From: Carcharhinus longimanus
Lineage: Eukaryota
DNA length: 64,000 bases
Assembly (NCBI GenBank): GCA_030264375.1
Contig: JASCQW010000109.1
Span: forward strand, 30,413,004-30,477,003
Direction: 5' to 3'
The notes below the pieces were generated by a model, which was not told where the DNA came from, did not search any database, and saw nothing but the letters and a program-made list of their open reading frames with translations. A program made the translations under genes and the position numbers. Of this stretch, positions 63,046 to 64,000 are shown piece by piece. Numbering within the stretch: position 1 is the stretch's first letter; every line of letters starts with the position of its first letter.

Positions 63046-63915
63046 ACATAGAACATAGAATAGTACAACACAGTACAGGCCCTTCAGCCCTCAATGTTGT
63101 GTCGAGCTTTGTCCAAAACCAAGATCAAGCTATCCCATTCCTTATCATTCTGGTGTGTTCCATGTGCCTATTCAATAATTGCTTGAAAGTTCCTAAAGTG
63201 TCTGACTCCACTATCACAGCAGACAGTCTGTTCCACACCCCAATCACTCTCTGAGTAAAGACCCTACCTCAGACATCCCTCCTATATCTCCCACCATGAA
63301 CGTTATAGTTATGCCCCCTAGTAACAGCTACATCCACCCGAGGAAATAGTTTCTGCACGTCCACTCTATCAATCCCTCTCATCATCTTATAAACCTCTAT
63401 TAAGTCACTTTTCATCCTCCTCCACTCCAAAGAGAAAAGCCCCAGCTCCCTCAACCTTTCCTCGTAAGACCTACCCTCCAAACCAGGCAGCATCCTGGTA
63501 AATCTCCTCTGCACTCTCTCCAATGCTTCCACATCCTTCTTATAATGAGGTGACCAGAACTGAACACAATATCCCAAATGCAGTCTCACCAACGTCCGCT
63601 TTAGTTGCAGCATAACCCCACGGCTCTTAAACTCAAACCCCCCGTTAATAAACACTAACATGCTATAAGCCTTCTTCACTTGCGTGGCAACCTTCAGAGA
63701 TTTTTGGGTATGAACCCCAAGATCTCTCTGTTCCTCCACGTTCCTTAGAACCCTGCTGTTGACCCCGTAATCTGCATTCAAGTTTGTCCTACCTAAATGA
63801 ACCACCTCACGCTTATCAGGGTTAAACTCCATCTGCCACTTTTCGGCCCAGCTCTGCATCCTATCAATGTCTCTTTGCAGCCTGCAAGAGCCCTTCACCT
63901 CATCCATGACTCCAT
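63046..63915 (-). mobile_element. CR1 LINE 3' part inserted into the Gypsy RT
   Basis: 212-aa ORF LQRDIDRM..WAEKWQMEFN...YCVQFWSPHYKKDVEALERVQRRFTRMLPG; tail (TTCTATG)n ends at 63046. Confidence 0.93.
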
Positions 63916-64000
63916 GCGTTAATCATTATTGCAGATTTTAAAAAATCTCATTTAAAGTTAAAAAAAAGTCCTTTCTGTCTCTTTTTTCTCATAATCCAAT

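Overview
Vertebrate genomic scaffold with many N gaps. The repeat content (HE1/V-SINE-type tRNA SINEs, CR1, Rex1/Babar, Tx1, Penelope-like, Gypsy and Harbinger fossils) points to a shark/cartilaginous fish; this is an inference from recognised repeat motifs. The only confidently supported protein-coding gene is an intact 4-exon DUSP1 (MKP-1) on the minus strand (CDS 51963-49940, 1104 nt, 367 aa). It has an immediate-early promoter (CATAAAA box, USF E-box, clustered CRE half-sites) and an ARE-containing 3'UTR, and sits in a ~10 kb CpG-rich, transposon-poor domain. The rest is decayed, often nested mobile DNA. The most unusual element is a ~285 bp poly(A)-tailed retroposon with a U2 snRNA head, an internal octamer and a 3' stem-loop, nested inside a tRNA-SINE (41095-41380). 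Other leads: SINEs sharing one head but carrying two different LINE-type tails, degenerate hammerhead cores in Penelope-like ends, a ~390 bp fold-back with a let-7-complementary site downstream of DUSP1, and a possible spliced transcript convergent on DUSP1. All repeat family calls were made by eye and repeat boundaries are approximate.
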